Shown here: in pieces, positions 30,210-39,495 of the stretch
How positions within the stretch are numbered: position 1 is the stretch's first letter
How the letters are laid out: each line of letters begins with the position of its first letter
Assembly (NCBI GenBank): GCA_034178815.1
Contig: JAXFQS010000084.1
Location: 2,112-66,111 of the forward strand
Direction of reading: 5' to 3'
Source: Kiritimatiellia bacterium
GTDB lineage: Bacteria > Verrucomicrobiota > Kiritimatiellia > RFP12 > DVOR01
DNA: 64,000 nucleotides
Translations under genes and position numbers: made by a program
The notes under the pieces: generated by a model
Seen by the model: only the letters and a program-made list of their open reading frames with translations
Told to the model about the DNA's origin: nothing
The model's database searches: none

Positions 30210-31511
30210 TTGAGGAGGATGATGATGACGCTTTTCAAGATGCTTCAGGCGCGGCACTTAGTCGAGGCGCACACCTGTTCTGCCGAAGAGATGGAGCGGT
30301 TGCTGGAGCAGCCGTTGACGGTCTATGCGGGTTTTGATCCGACGGCGGAGTGTCTGCAGGCGGGGAATTTCGTGACGATTATGACGCTGGCGCATTTGCA
30401 GCGTGCGGGGCACAAGGTGATTGCGCTTGTGGGCGGGGCGACGGGGATGATTGGGGATCCGTCGGGGCGTTCTTCGGAGCGGAATATGCTGACGGAGGAG
30501 CAGGTTCACCGCAATTTGGAGGGGATCAAGGAGAACCTGTCGCGGTTTCTGGACTTTGAGGGGAAGTGCGGGAATCCGGCGGTATTGGTGAACAATTACG
30601 ATTGGTACAAGGGGTACGGGCTGATTCCTTTTCTGAGGGAGGTGGGGACGCTGTTCCGGATGCGGCCGATGCTGTCGAAGGATTCGGTTCAAAAGCGTCT
30701 GAATGCGGAGAACAATGGTATGAGTTTCACGGAGTTCTCGTACCAGATTCTCCAAGGGTATGATTTCTACCATTTGCGCAAGGAGTACGGGTGCTCGCTT
30801 GAGGTGGGTGGTTCTGACCAGTGGGGGAACATCACGGCGGGGACGGATTTGATTCATCGTGTGCTGGGGCCGGATGCCGTGGCGAATGGTCTGACATTCC
30901 CGCTGGTGTGCGATGCGAACGGGCAGAAGTTCGGCAAGTCGGCGGGCAACGCAATCTTCTTGAACAAGGAGAAGACGAGTGTCTACGATTTCTACCAGTT
31001 CTTCCTGCGGACGCTCGATGCGGATGTCATTCGGTACTTGAAGATTTTCACCTTCCTCCCGCTGGAACGGATTGCGGAACTGGAGCAGTGTGTCGCGAGG
31101 GAGCCGGAACGGCGCGAGGCGCAGCGTGTCTTGGCCGAGGAGTTGACGCGCACCGTCCACGGGGAGGATGGTTTGCGGGCGGCGCAGCGGGCGGCTTCGG
31201 TGCTGTTCGGGGGAAGTCTGGACGGGTTGTCGGCCGAGGAATTGGAATCAATCTTCAAAGAGGTTCCTTCGGCGGTACTGCCCCGTGAGCAGGTGGTGGG
31301 GCACCCGGTATTCGAGGTGGCCGCCGCGGCGGGCTTTTTCTCAAGCAAGGGCGAAGCGCGCCGGTTGGCCCGGCAGGGAGGGCTGAATCTGAACAATGCC
31401 AAGGCGGGCGAAGGGCGGACGGTTGCCGATGCCGACCTCATCGGCGGGCGCTTGGCGGTTGTGCGGCAGGGTAGGAAGAACTACTTCCTGCTGAAGGTCG
31501 TAGCGCAATAG
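30210..31511 (+). CDS. tyrS: tyrosine--tRNA ligase
   Basis: class I HIGH-like GFDPTAECLQAGN, KMSKS variant KFGKS, C-terminal S4-like domain; exact start among Met 30210-30225 uncertain. Confidence 0.85.
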   Translation: MRRMMMTLFKMLQARHLVEAHTCSAEEMERLLEQPLTVYAGFDPTAECLQAGNFVTIMTLAHLQRAGHKVIALVGGATGMIGDPSGRSSERNMLTEEQVHRNLEGIKENLSRFLDFEGKCGNPAVLVNNYDWYKGYGLIPFLREVGTLFRMRPMLSKDSVQKRLNAENNGMSFTEFSYQILQGYDFYHLRKEYGCSLEVGGSDQWGNITAGTDLIHRVLGPDAVANGLTFPLVCDANGQKFGKSAGNAIFLNKEKTSVYDFYQFFLRTLDADVIRYLKIFTFLPLERIAELEQCVAREPERREAQRVLAEELTRTVHGEDGLRAAQRAASVLFGGSLDGLSAEELESIFKEVPSAVLPREQVVGHPVFEVAAAAGFFSSKGEARRLARQGGLNLNNAKAGEGRTVADADLIGGRLAVVRQGRKNYFLLKVVAQ

Positions 31512-31594
31512 GCGACTGCTCGGGGGAGCGGTTCCTAGCAATCCAACGGAGGCGGAGGTAGACACCTTGCGGGGATAGCGGTGCCTATCCAACG

Positions 31595-31621
31595 CCCCGG
31601 AAGGTTGCAACCTTTCGGGGG
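31595..31621. repeat. 27-bp near-perfect palindrome CCCCGGAAGGTTGCAACCTTTCGGGGG; member of intergenic motif family
   Basis: seen directly; one mismatch between arms. Confidence 0.6.
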
Positions 31622-31654
31622 TGAAGATGGGGATGCACTAAAGGGAGGTCTGAT

Positions 31655-33154
31655 ATGGAAGGAAGCGGAACAGTAAAGCGAATTGTGTTGCTGCTCGCGT
31701 GCGCACAGGCGGCGGTGGCGGCAGAAGTCGGCGGATTTTCGGTCTCGTGGAATGGGCGTCCGCTTAAGGTTCATCCGGCGCGGGTCTCGGCTTACCCGAT
31801 GAACCAGGTTTGGGCGGGATACCAACGCCCAATCGAGCAGACCCGGATGGCATCGTTCATATCTTTCGATATGGATGGCGCGGGCGAACTTGCTGTCGCC
31901 ATTCCCGAGGGCCAAACCAACGCCACGCCCATTTTGCTTCCCCTCTCGCGCAACTGGTCGACACGCACCGAAGGCGGAAAGTTCCGGATTGCCATCGACC
32001 ACCCGCAACAATTCGTGCTCAAGTTCGGCATCGAAGGTGAAGAACTACAGGTCTTTGCCAACCCGAGATTCGCCCGACCGGAAGGGAAGCAAATCACCTA
32101 CTTCGGACCAGGCGAACACCATGTCGGACTCATAGCCCCCGCCAGCGGAGAGACCATCGTCATCGATGAAGGCGCGGTTGTCTACGGGGCCATTCAAATC
32201 TTCCACGCCGAGAATGTCAAAGTAGTCGGGAGAGGTATTCTCGACGCCTCCTTCCTCCAGCGGGCGCAAACGAATTCCGCCGCCTATGCCAACGCCGTGC
32301 GCGCCGGATTCACACCTTCCCAGTACGGTGCCGAGATGGGGGTCACGGCGTTCACATGCGCCTGGGCGACCAATATCCTCGTAGAGGGCATCACCATTCG
32401 CGACCCACCGCGCTGGACGATGATTGTGCGCACGCAGTCCAAAAGGGTCACCATAGACAATGTGAAGATAGTCGGTTGCTGGCGCTACAACGCGGATGGG
32501 ATCAATGTGTGCGCATCCGAAGATGTTGTCATCCGGAACTGCTATCTGCGCACTTTTGATGACTGTATCATTGCACGCGGCTCCTACCTGGACAAGAGTG
32601 GGCCGGTCACCCGCAATCTGCTTGCGGAGAATTGCGTTCTCTGGTGCGACTGGGGGAAATGTCTTGAAGTCTGGGCGGGCGGGAGGCCCTGCACGATAGA
32701 GGAGGTCTCATTCCGCAATATTGCCTGCATCAGTCCCGATGAGATTGTCGCCGATGTCACCACTTGGTACGGCTCCTCCAACACCGTCATCCGCAACATT
32801 TGTTTTGAAAACATTGCTGTGGACTACTGGAGGAAGTACCCTGCCGCGCACTTCCAACGCGCACCGGAGGACACCGTTTTCCATGGGAAGTTGAGGGATT
32901 CTTCCAACCTCATCGTGGTCGATGTGGCCAGTTACGGCCATGATCTTGGCAATCAGAAATACCGTCCTGCCGAAGACCTTTCTCCGTTCAAAGTTCTCTA
33001 CGAAAATCTCACCTTCAAGAACTTCACCGTGCACGGCAATCCCCCTCGCCTGACGGGTCGCATCGATGGCTCGTCCGCGCCACACACCATCCGCGCCGTT
33101 CGTCTGGAAGGTATGCCCGAGGGGCTCGATTTGAAAATGAGCGGGGTTGACTAG
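31655..33154 (+). CDS. secreted right-handed beta-helix glycoside hydrolase, GH28-like (polygalacturonase/rhamnogalacturonase family)
   Basis: signal peptide; GH28-like motifs NADGIN, RTFDDCI, repeated beta-helix rungs. Confidence 0.55.
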   Translation: MEGSGTVKRIVLLLACAQAAVAAEVGGFSVSWNGRPLKVHPARVSAYPMNQVWAGYQRPIEQTRMASFISFDMDGAGELAVAIPEGQTNATPILLPLSRNWSTRTEGGKFRIAIDHPQQFVLKFGIEGEELQVFANPRFARPEGKQITYFGPGEHHVGLIAPASGETIVIDEGAVVYGAIQIFHAENVKVVGRGILDASFLQRAQTNSAAYANAVRAGFTPSQYGAEMGVTAFTCAWATNILVEGITIRDPPRWTMIVRTQSKRVTIDNVKIVGCWRYNADGINVCASEDVVIRNCYLRTFDDCIIARGSYLDKSGPVTRNLLAENCVLWCDWGKCLEVWAGGRPCTIEEVSFRNIACISPDEIVADVTTWYGSSNTVIRNICFENIAVDYWRKYPAAHFQRAPEDTVFHGKLRDSSNLIVVDVASYGHDLGNQKYRPAEDLSPFKVLYENLTFKNFTVHGNPPRLTGRIDGSSAPHTIRAVRLEGMPEGLDLKMSGVD

Positions 33155-33254
33155 CCAACGCGTCGACCTCCGGCACAGGTTCCTACCTGTCGCCCCCTAT
33201 GGTATCAACCTCCGGGAGACAGCCGAAGCAACCTTTGGGGAACTAAGGTGCGTA

Positions 33255-34007
33255 TCAATGTCCGGCAATCAGTTCCAGACAGATGCGGCGGGAGAGCAGC
33301 GGCAATTCCAGTTGCGCGCGCAGGATCATCCCCACCAGGCGCACGATCGGTTGCACGGCGGACGGGCTCTCCGGGAGGTCAGAGGAAAGCCCCGACCAAA
33401 GCCGTCCGGTCAACCGGATGAAGTCCTCGGCTACCTGGCGCGGAAGTCGGACGCTGCCGGGCTCCTCCTGCTCGAGAAAACACCCGTGGAGGTAGGAGAA
33501 GTTCGGCCACGCGGCCCCCTGCAGGACACCGTTTCCGTCCAACTTCGGCAAGAGCCCGAGATCCAACAGCAGATGGAGTTCATAGTCGAGCAGCACGACC
33601 GAAAGAGGGCGGCGCGGGGTGGATTCAAGCGCGTCAAGCGTTGATTCCAGTAGCGCGAAAATGGTTGGATTGGCCTGCTCCGGCTGAAGAACCGTCAGCG
33701 TCAGATCGCACAGATAACTCGCCGCGCAAACCGCCCGCCAGTCCGATCGGAGTCCTTCCCTCAGACGAATCGGCACGCACTCGCGCAGGGGATTCACCTC
33801 CTTCAGCCGATCCTGGTAGACGACAATTTCGCAAGTGTAGAAAAGGTCGTACTGCCCCACAAAACGGCTCTTGCTCCGCAGCGCCCCCTTGACTGAAGTG
33901 GTGACGATTCCCCGCTCCGCCGTGAGCCAGGTCACCATATGGGATGTGCGCGAGAAAGGCGCGATGCGGAGCGGCACCGCGCAATGTTTAGTCAGATTTC
34001 CCGGCAC
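33255..34007 (-). CDS. recO: DNA repair protein RecO
   Basis: N-terminal OB fold pattern (GIVTTSVKGALRSKSR...YDLFY), C-terminal helical domain; length 250 aa. Confidence 0.6.
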   Translation of the reverse strand: MPGNLTKHCAVPLRIAPFSRTSHMVTWLTAERGIVTTSVKGALRSKSRFVGQYDLFYTCEIVVYQDRLKEVNPLRECVPIRLREGLRSDWRAVCAASYLCDLTLTVLQPEQANPTIFALLESTLDALESTPRRPLSVVLLDYELHLLLDLGLLPKLDGNGVLQGAAWPNFSYLHGCFLEQEEPGSVRLPRQVAEDFIRLTGRLWSGLSSDLPESPSAVQPIVRLVGMILRAQLELPLLSRRICLELIAGH

Positions 34008-34011
34008 GGAT

Positions 34012-34935
34012 CTACGCCAGAGCGCACATACGCTTGAGGGCCGAGAGGCGAACCTCCACCTCCCCGAGATTCAAAGCCTCCAGACGATCTAGCCCGAACG
34101 CCTCGACCCCAAAGGAAGAAACCACCGCCCCCGTCAGCAACGCCTCAACCAACTCCCCGAGATTGCTACCATCCGAACCCATTGCCGCCAACCTCCCCAT
34201 AAACGCGCCGGCATACGAATCGCCCGCACCGGTAGGATCCGCGACCGCCTCGACAGGGTAGGCGGGAATGATACGGATATCACCCTCCCGCGAGAAAAGA
34301 AGCGACCCATGCTCCCCCTTCTTGATCGCCACATAGCGCGGCCCCATATCGAGAATCGCCCGTGCACAGTCACGCAACTGCCAGCGACCGGAGAGCATCC
34401 GCGCCTCCTCGTCGTTGACCGAAATCATCGTCACCCGCTCAAGGACTCGCAACAAAGAGGTGCGCGCCGTCTCAATCCAAAGGTTCATCGTATCGAGCGA
34501 GACGAAGCGCAGGGATCGCATCTGCTCAAGCACATGAAGTTGGAGTTCTGGTTGGATATTTCCCAGCAAAAGGTAAGGCGCATCGCGGTAGGATTCGGGC
34601 AAATCGGGCGAAAAGCCTGCCGAGTTCCCAAGTTCCGTGGAGAGCGTACGCCTGTCAATCATATTTGCGCTGTAAACCCCCGACCAGCGGAATGTCTTTC
34701 CCTCCCGAATCTGGATACCTTGCACATCAAGACCATGCACGGAAAGGCGGCGGAGCAACACTTGGGAGAAGTCGGTTCCTGCGATGGCAACGGCTCCGGT
34801 GGAGGCAAAGAGCGAGGCCGCAACGCCGGCATAGGAAACCGAGCCTCCAAGCAAATTCTGCCTCTTGTCGGTGGGCGTGGCGATGTCATCAATACCCAAA
34901 CTTCCGACGATCACAAGTTGGGGCGAAGCCATCAC
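34012..34935 (-). CDS. PfkB-family carbohydrate/nucleoside kinase (ribokinase-like)
   Basis: PfkB signature DPTGAGDSYAGAF, N-terminal GG motif (VGSLGIDD...LGGS). Confidence 0.7.
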   Translation of the reverse strand: MMASPQLVIVGSLGIDDIATPTDKRQNLLGGSVSYAGVAASLFASTGAVAIAGTDFSQVLLRRLSVHGLDVQGIQIREGKTFRWSGVYSANMIDRRTLSTELGNSAGFSPDLPESYRDAPYLLLGNIQPELQLHVLEQMRSLRFVSLDTMNLWIETARTSLLRVLERVTMISVNDEEARMLSGRWQLRDCARAILDMGPRYVAIKKGEHGSLLFSREGDIRIIPAYPVEAVADPTGAGDSYAGAFMGRLAAMGSDGSNLGELVEALLTGAVVSSFGVEAFGLDRLEALNLGEVEVRLSALKRMCALA

Positions 34936-35384
34936 TTTGCCTCCCCTCCGCGGGCGTAGAGGTCGGCCAGAGCCGAGAGGGCGAGGCAGTAGCCGAAGCC
35001 TCCAAATCCAGTCAACTGTCCGATGCAGACGGCGGCGGTATAGGAGGTCTGTCTAAAGTTTTCGCGGCGGTGAATATTGGAGAGATGGACTTCGACGCAA
35101 GGGAGTCCGGCGGCGGCGATGGCGTCTCTCAAGGCGATTGAGGTGTGGGTATAGGCGGCGGGGTTGATGACCAATCCATCGTACTTACCCCTTGACGCGC
35201 CGATGAGTTTGACCAATTCACCTTCGACATCGTGCTGAATCCAGGAGACCTCCAGTCCGATGTTTCTACCGTGGGCGACGGCACGGGCCATAATGTCGGG
35301 CAAAGTTTCGCGCCCGTAGTGTTCGGGCTCGCGCGTGCCGAGAAGGGCGAGGTTGGGGCCGTTGAGGATGAGTACCTTCTTCAT
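34932..35384 (-). CDS. aroQ: 3-dehydroquinate dehydratase, type II
   Basis: MKKVLILNGPNLALLGTREPEHYG, INPAAYTHTSIALRDA, VEVHLSNIHRRE; start at internal Met; 4-nt overlaps with both neighbours. Confidence 0.85.
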   Translation of the reverse strand: MKKVLILNGPNLALLGTREPEHYGRETLPDIMARAVAHGRNIGLEVSWIQHDVEGELVKLIGASRGKYDGLVINPAAYTHTSIALRDAIAAAGLPCVEVHLSNIHRRENFRQTSYTAAVCIGQLTGFGGFGYCLALSALADLYARGGEAK

Positions 35385-36164
35385 CTTGGGTTCTCTCTGG
35401 GGTTGGTTGAAATCTCTTTGGCGGGAACGATTTCGCGGCGGTTGTTCTCGAGTTCGAGGGTGACTCGCGCGGATGGAACATTGCGGGAGATAAGTTTGGC
35501 GCGGGCATCTTTCCACGCGACTGTGGCGCCGTCCGGCGGGAGGCTTTCGCGGGATTGGCGGTAAACTTCCGCCTCGAAGGCATAGCAGCATTTGAATTCG
35601 CCGCAGAGTCCTGCGGCCGCCTCAGGAACGGGGGCGACACCCTGGAGTCGGAGCATGGCAGGGGTCGGCTGAAGGGCGAGTCCGGCGCGGGCGCAGCAAA
35701 TCTCTTGTCCGCAGCAGCCTAGTCCGCCAAGCATCATTGCTTCGCCGCGCGAGCCAATCTGGCGTATGTCGACGCGTAGGCGGTTCTGGCGCGCGAAGAG
35801 TCTCGCTTCGTTCTGCAAATCGACCGTTCCGGAACCGCCGCAGTAGATGCAGAGGCTCCTCTGGTCGAGGGAGATTCGCGCGCCGATGAGTTTGACGCGG
35901 TGCGCGGATTTCCGGAGGATTGTCTGGAAGGCGTCGAAGTATTTCTCGGCCACTTTTCGCCCCGATTCGTAAGCAGCCAAATCCCCGGCCGAGGCCAACC
36001 TCTGGATGGAGAAGGTGGGTTGCTTTCCCTCCGCGAGGCAGCGGCAGAGTCGCCCGACGGTCTCGCCGTATTCGAGGCGCACGACGCAGGCGGCGCCCGG
36101 TGCGAGTTCCAAACCGCCGGGCGCGGCAGCAACCACGCAGGCTCGCCCCTCCGTCTTGACCATC
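35381..36164 (-). CDS. PSP1 C-terminal domain protein (RicT/YaaT-like, Cys-rich)
   Basis: PSP1-like conserved region with Cys cluster GGLGCCGQEICC and ...CGEFKCC; start placed at Met 36164 just after stop of upstream PKS-like gene (upstream part of 508-aa ORF is out-of-frame overlap, rejected). Confidence 0.5.
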
Positions 36165-36171
36165 CACTGGC

Positions 36172-39100
36172 TCAAGGCGTTCCTCCAATCTGCTCGGCCG
36201 GCAAGATGCAGGCGGCGACCGCGTGGTTGGCGTAGGTGCTGACCCGGACGGCAATGCGCTGTCCCTTGAGGCGCGGGAAGGGGTCGAGCCAGCCGCCGAG
36301 CAGTTCCATCTCCACCATACCCTTGACGCAGTCTGCCGAGCGCACCCGGAGGTCGATCGGCGAATAGCGGATGCCTGTTCCGAGCGCCTTCGAGACGGCC
36401 TCCTTCGCGCACCAGAAGCGCAACAACATAGCCGGCGCGTCGCCGCAGGATGCCGCGAGATTCTGCTCCTCCTGCGAGAAGACGCCGCGGGCGAATTCCT
36501 CGCTCAAATCGCGCCCCAGCCGTTCGAGATCGATGCCCAGCCGCGCATTCTCCGCCACAGCCGCCACGACCAGCGACGCCGTGTGCGCGATACTCAGATC
36601 GAGTTGGCCCCCCTGCTCCTGCATCCAGGGCCCGATGGCATGCGGCTTGCCCGAATCGTCCGGCCAGACCGCAATGTCCGCCGCGCCCCAACGCTCCCGG
36701 CGCGTCTCCTGCAAATGGCGCCGGACAGCCTCCTTCGCCGCCACGCGTCCCAGCATCCACTCCAGTCGGCGGGCGACCGAACTTGAGTTGTCGTACCACT
36801 CGTCGCGCTCCTGAGGCGTGAGCACAATCATCGCCAGCGTCTTGAGCCAAAGTTCCTGGTTCCCCGTGAAGAATCGCGGCTCGAAGGACTGCACCACCGC
36901 GCCCCATACCGGCACCGGCGCGGGCGGCATCAACTCGTTCGGCAACGGATCGGTGAAATAGTTCTCCGTGGGGCTCAGCGTAAAGTCATAGAGTTTGCGC
37001 GCCACATGCGTGCTGAGTTCCTCCCAGCCGTGGATTTCGACCAGCAGATTCCCCTGCCCGTCGCTCACCGATATGTCCACCGTTAGCGAACGAGGCGTCA
37101 CCCCCGTCAGCCGCAGATAGGCCTTCAACCGCCCGCCGGGCGGAGGCTCCGGCGCGAAAAAGCAAATCGACCGCGCGCGGAACGGAAACGAAATCGCGCC
37201 CTCAAACTTCTCGTGCGAGCGCCACAGCGGAAAGCCCGAGACCACCCCATCGAAAAGGATTGGCGCCACCGCGAAAGCCGGCAACTCCACCGAGGTGATT
37301 GCCTGCGCCGGAGAAGGCGCCTCCAACTCGAAGTCAATCCCGTTTTCGCTCCACGAATCGACATGGCGGATGGTGCGCAATTGGGGCCCCTGGAAGAGTC
37401 GGCGAGGATAGATGTCTCGCCCCGACCAGTTGACCGCACGCGGATTGACCAGAGGATTTGGACAGGCACGGCGCGTCGGAGGATAGGCCGCCGAAAAAAC
37501 CACCGTAGCCTCAAGAGCCGGCCAGGTGAAACCGGAGTTAGGCTGCTCCTTACGCAGTTGCACCTTCACCGCATACTGCCCGTCAATCCCCCACGACACG
37601 CGCTCCGCCCAGAGCCGCACATCCAGCAAGTCCCGCTCGAATCCCAGCCAGCGTTGCGCCTTCATCCCAAGGATTCGCACCACCCGCAAGCCATCCGGCA
37701 GAAGCCTCTGCGCCGCCTCGCACATCAGTTCGATTCCCGTCGGAACCGACAGCAGCGTCATGCCCCGCAACTGCGTATTGATGCGGGATAGTCGCGAAGA
37801 GCCCAGTGCGTAGTCGCGCAAGAACGGATAGTCCACCAATTTGATGGTTGCGTGCAGTTCCACCGAGATGCCCGGTTCCAGCGAGAGCACCCGAGCCTGC
37901 TGCAGAAGCGGCTGGCGTACGCCACAAGTGCGGTCCCCCTGCTCGGCATGCCCCGGCGCAATCGACGCGGGTGACTCAGCCTCGGGCAAAGCCGTTCGCA
38001 CCGGGTTGAGATTCACCCCCCCTTTGAGCGGATTCAAGAGCACATCGGGATCTACCCTTGGCAGAACAGAGTCCAGACGAATCGGCGGAGAAACCTCGCG
38101 GGGAACCGGCGTGTCGAAATCCAACATAACCGCCCCCGTGAACTCGTCAGCCCCAGAAAGATCCAGCGGCAGCGGCAACGCACCCAACTGCGCGATGGCG
38201 TGGCACAACTGCAAACGGTCCGGCCGATGGAACCGGTTGAGCGAAACACTCAAGTGCGGCCGCTCAGCACCCAATACTGCCGAAACCTGGCGCGCCAAAA
38301 GCCCGCGCACACCGGCATCGACAAAGACTCGGACGCCATCTTCATAGAGCCGTTCAACCGTGCCGGCAAAGTCAACCGGATTGAAGAACTGGTCGGCCAC
38401 CCACGCGGGATTCACCCGCTGACCTGCCTCAATCTTCCGATTCTCCGTGGTCGAGTAGATCGGGATTCTAGGGATATCCCGCAACCACGCGGAGCAGAAC
38501 TGGTTCAAGAGCGGCAAAGCCTTCGCCGCCCAAGGCGTATTGAAAGGAAGCGCCAGGTGACGAGCCGTCACGACTCCCCCCTGCGTCTGCATATCACTGG
38601 AGACCTGCGTAGCAATGTCGGGCGCGACGCAGATAAGGTGATAGTCCGGCGCGATGGCTTGTGAAACCACGCAACGCCCGGGATAGTCCGCGGCAATTTC
38701 TTCGACTTTCTGCCGCGCCAGACGCTCCACTGAAAGAACCGCCACGGAAGGCATGTCCTTGCGCGTAGCCAATCGAGACATCAAGCGGGCGGATTCTCGG
38801 ATAGCCCGGACGCGCTTGATGCGCAACTGCTGGTCGATGGTTGCTCCGGCGACGGCGGCGGCAGAGTAGGCCCCGCACCCAATTCCGGCAACCGCATCCG
38901 GCACAAGCCCCAAACGCGCCATCATATCGGTATAGGCGAGATTAGCGGCGTGGACATCGGCAATAGTCACCGCAGCAGTCAAAGCAGGCGGAGCGTTGTC
39001 AGGAGAGGAGGGGCGGACAGGGTAGAGCAAATCCGTCGCAGTGCCTTCGCCAAAAAGAGCGGAAAGGGCCTCCTCCGCCTCCTCAAGGCGTTGCCGGATA

Positions 39101-39495
39101 ATGGGAGAGCAGAAGGCCGCCTCACGGAGCATTTCGGGGTGCCAGGCGGTTGCTCCGGCATAAAGGAATGCGACCTTCCCTATGGGCGGTTCGCGGAAGT
39201 AATAGGTTCCGGCCTTGTCGCGAATGCGGGCAATGCCCGAGCGGATTTTACGGGCGGCGGTGCGCAGGCGATCGTGCAGAGAGAGCGTATCGCCTGAAGC
39301 GACGACCAGCCCCAATCGATGCGGAGCCTGTTTGGCGGCGAGGGCTGAGGTATAGGCGATATCGCGCAAAGAGACGCCCGGCGCATGCTCAAGGTAGGTG
39401 GCAATCCGGTCGGCCTCCTCGGCGAGTGCGTCGTGGGAGTGCGCCCCAATCAGCAGGACGCTCTGTGAAACGGAGGTGTCGCTGAGGTTGATCAT
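36172..39495 (-). CDS. type I PKS-like multidomain protein: KS-AT linker, AT-like domain (nucleophile Ser replaced by Gly; His replaced), PKS-type DH domain, C-terminal Sfp-type 4'-phosphopantetheinyl transferase domain
   Basis: linker region typical of KS-AT didomain; AT-like FLYAGATAW...GIGCGAYSAA (GHSxG->GIGCG), ...ALPFNTPW (HS->NT); DH motif LHATIKLVDYP; PPTase motifs GIDLERL and FWCAKEAVSKALGTG; ATGA overlap with upstream KS-like gene. Confidence 0.65.
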   Translation of the reverse strand: MINLSDTSVSQSVLLIGAHSHDALAEEADRIATYLEHAPGVSLRDIAYTSALAAKQAPHRLGLVVASGDTLSLHDRLRTAARKIRSGIARIRDKAGTYYFREPPIGKVAFLYAGATAWHPEMLREAAFCSPIIRQRLEEAEEALSALFGEGTATDLLYPVRPSSPDNAPPALTAAVTIADVHAANLAYTDMMARLGLVPDAVAGIGCGAYSAAAVAGATIDQQLRIKRVRAIRESARLMSRLATRKDMPSVAVLSVERLARQKVEEIAADYPGRCVVSQAIAPDYHLICVAPDIATQVSSDMQTQGGVVTARHLALPFNTPWAAKALPLLNQFCSAWLRDIPRIPIYSTTENRKIEAGQRVNPAWVADQFFNPVDFAGTVERLYEDGVRVFVDAGVRGLLARQVSAVLGAERPHLSVSLNRFHRPDRLQLCHAIAQLGALPLPLDLSGADEFTGAVMLDFDTPVPREVSPPIRLDSVLPRVDPDVLLNPLKGGVNLNPVRTALPEAESPASIAPGHAEQGDRTCGVRQPLLQQARVLSLEPGISVELHATIKLVDYPFLRDYALGSSRLSRINTQLRGMTLLSVPTGIELMCEAAQRLLPDGLRVVRILGMKAQRWLGFERDLLDVRLWAERVSWGIDGQYAVKVQLRKEQPNSGFTWPALEATVVFSAAYPPTRRACPNPLVNPRAVNWSGRDIYPRRLFQGPQLRTIRHVDSWSENGIDFELEAPSPAQAITSVELPAFAVAPILFDGVVSGFPLWRSHEKFEGAISFPFRARSICFFAPEPPPGGRLKAYLRLTGVTPRSLTVDISVSDGQGNLLVEIHGWEELSTHVARKLYDFTLSPTENYFTDPLPNELMPPAPVPVWGAVVQSFEPRFFTGNQELWLKTLAMIVLTPQERDEWYDNSSSVARRLEWMLGRVAAKEAVRRHLQETRRERWGAADIAVWPDDSGKPHAIGPWMQEQGGQLDLSIAHTASLVVAAVAENARLGIDLERLGRDLSEEFARGVFSQEEQNLAASCGDAPAMLLRFWCAKEAVSKALGTGIRYSPIDLRVRSADCVKGMVEMELLGGWLDPFPRLKGQRIAVRVSTYANHAVAACILPAEQIGGTP

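Noticed and set aside
36165-36907. N-terminal 250 codons of the 508-aa ORF 35381..36907
   Set aside because: Out-of-frame overlap with the well-supported AT-DH-PPT gene; Arg/Gly-rich junk translation; PSP1 similarity begins only after Met 36164.
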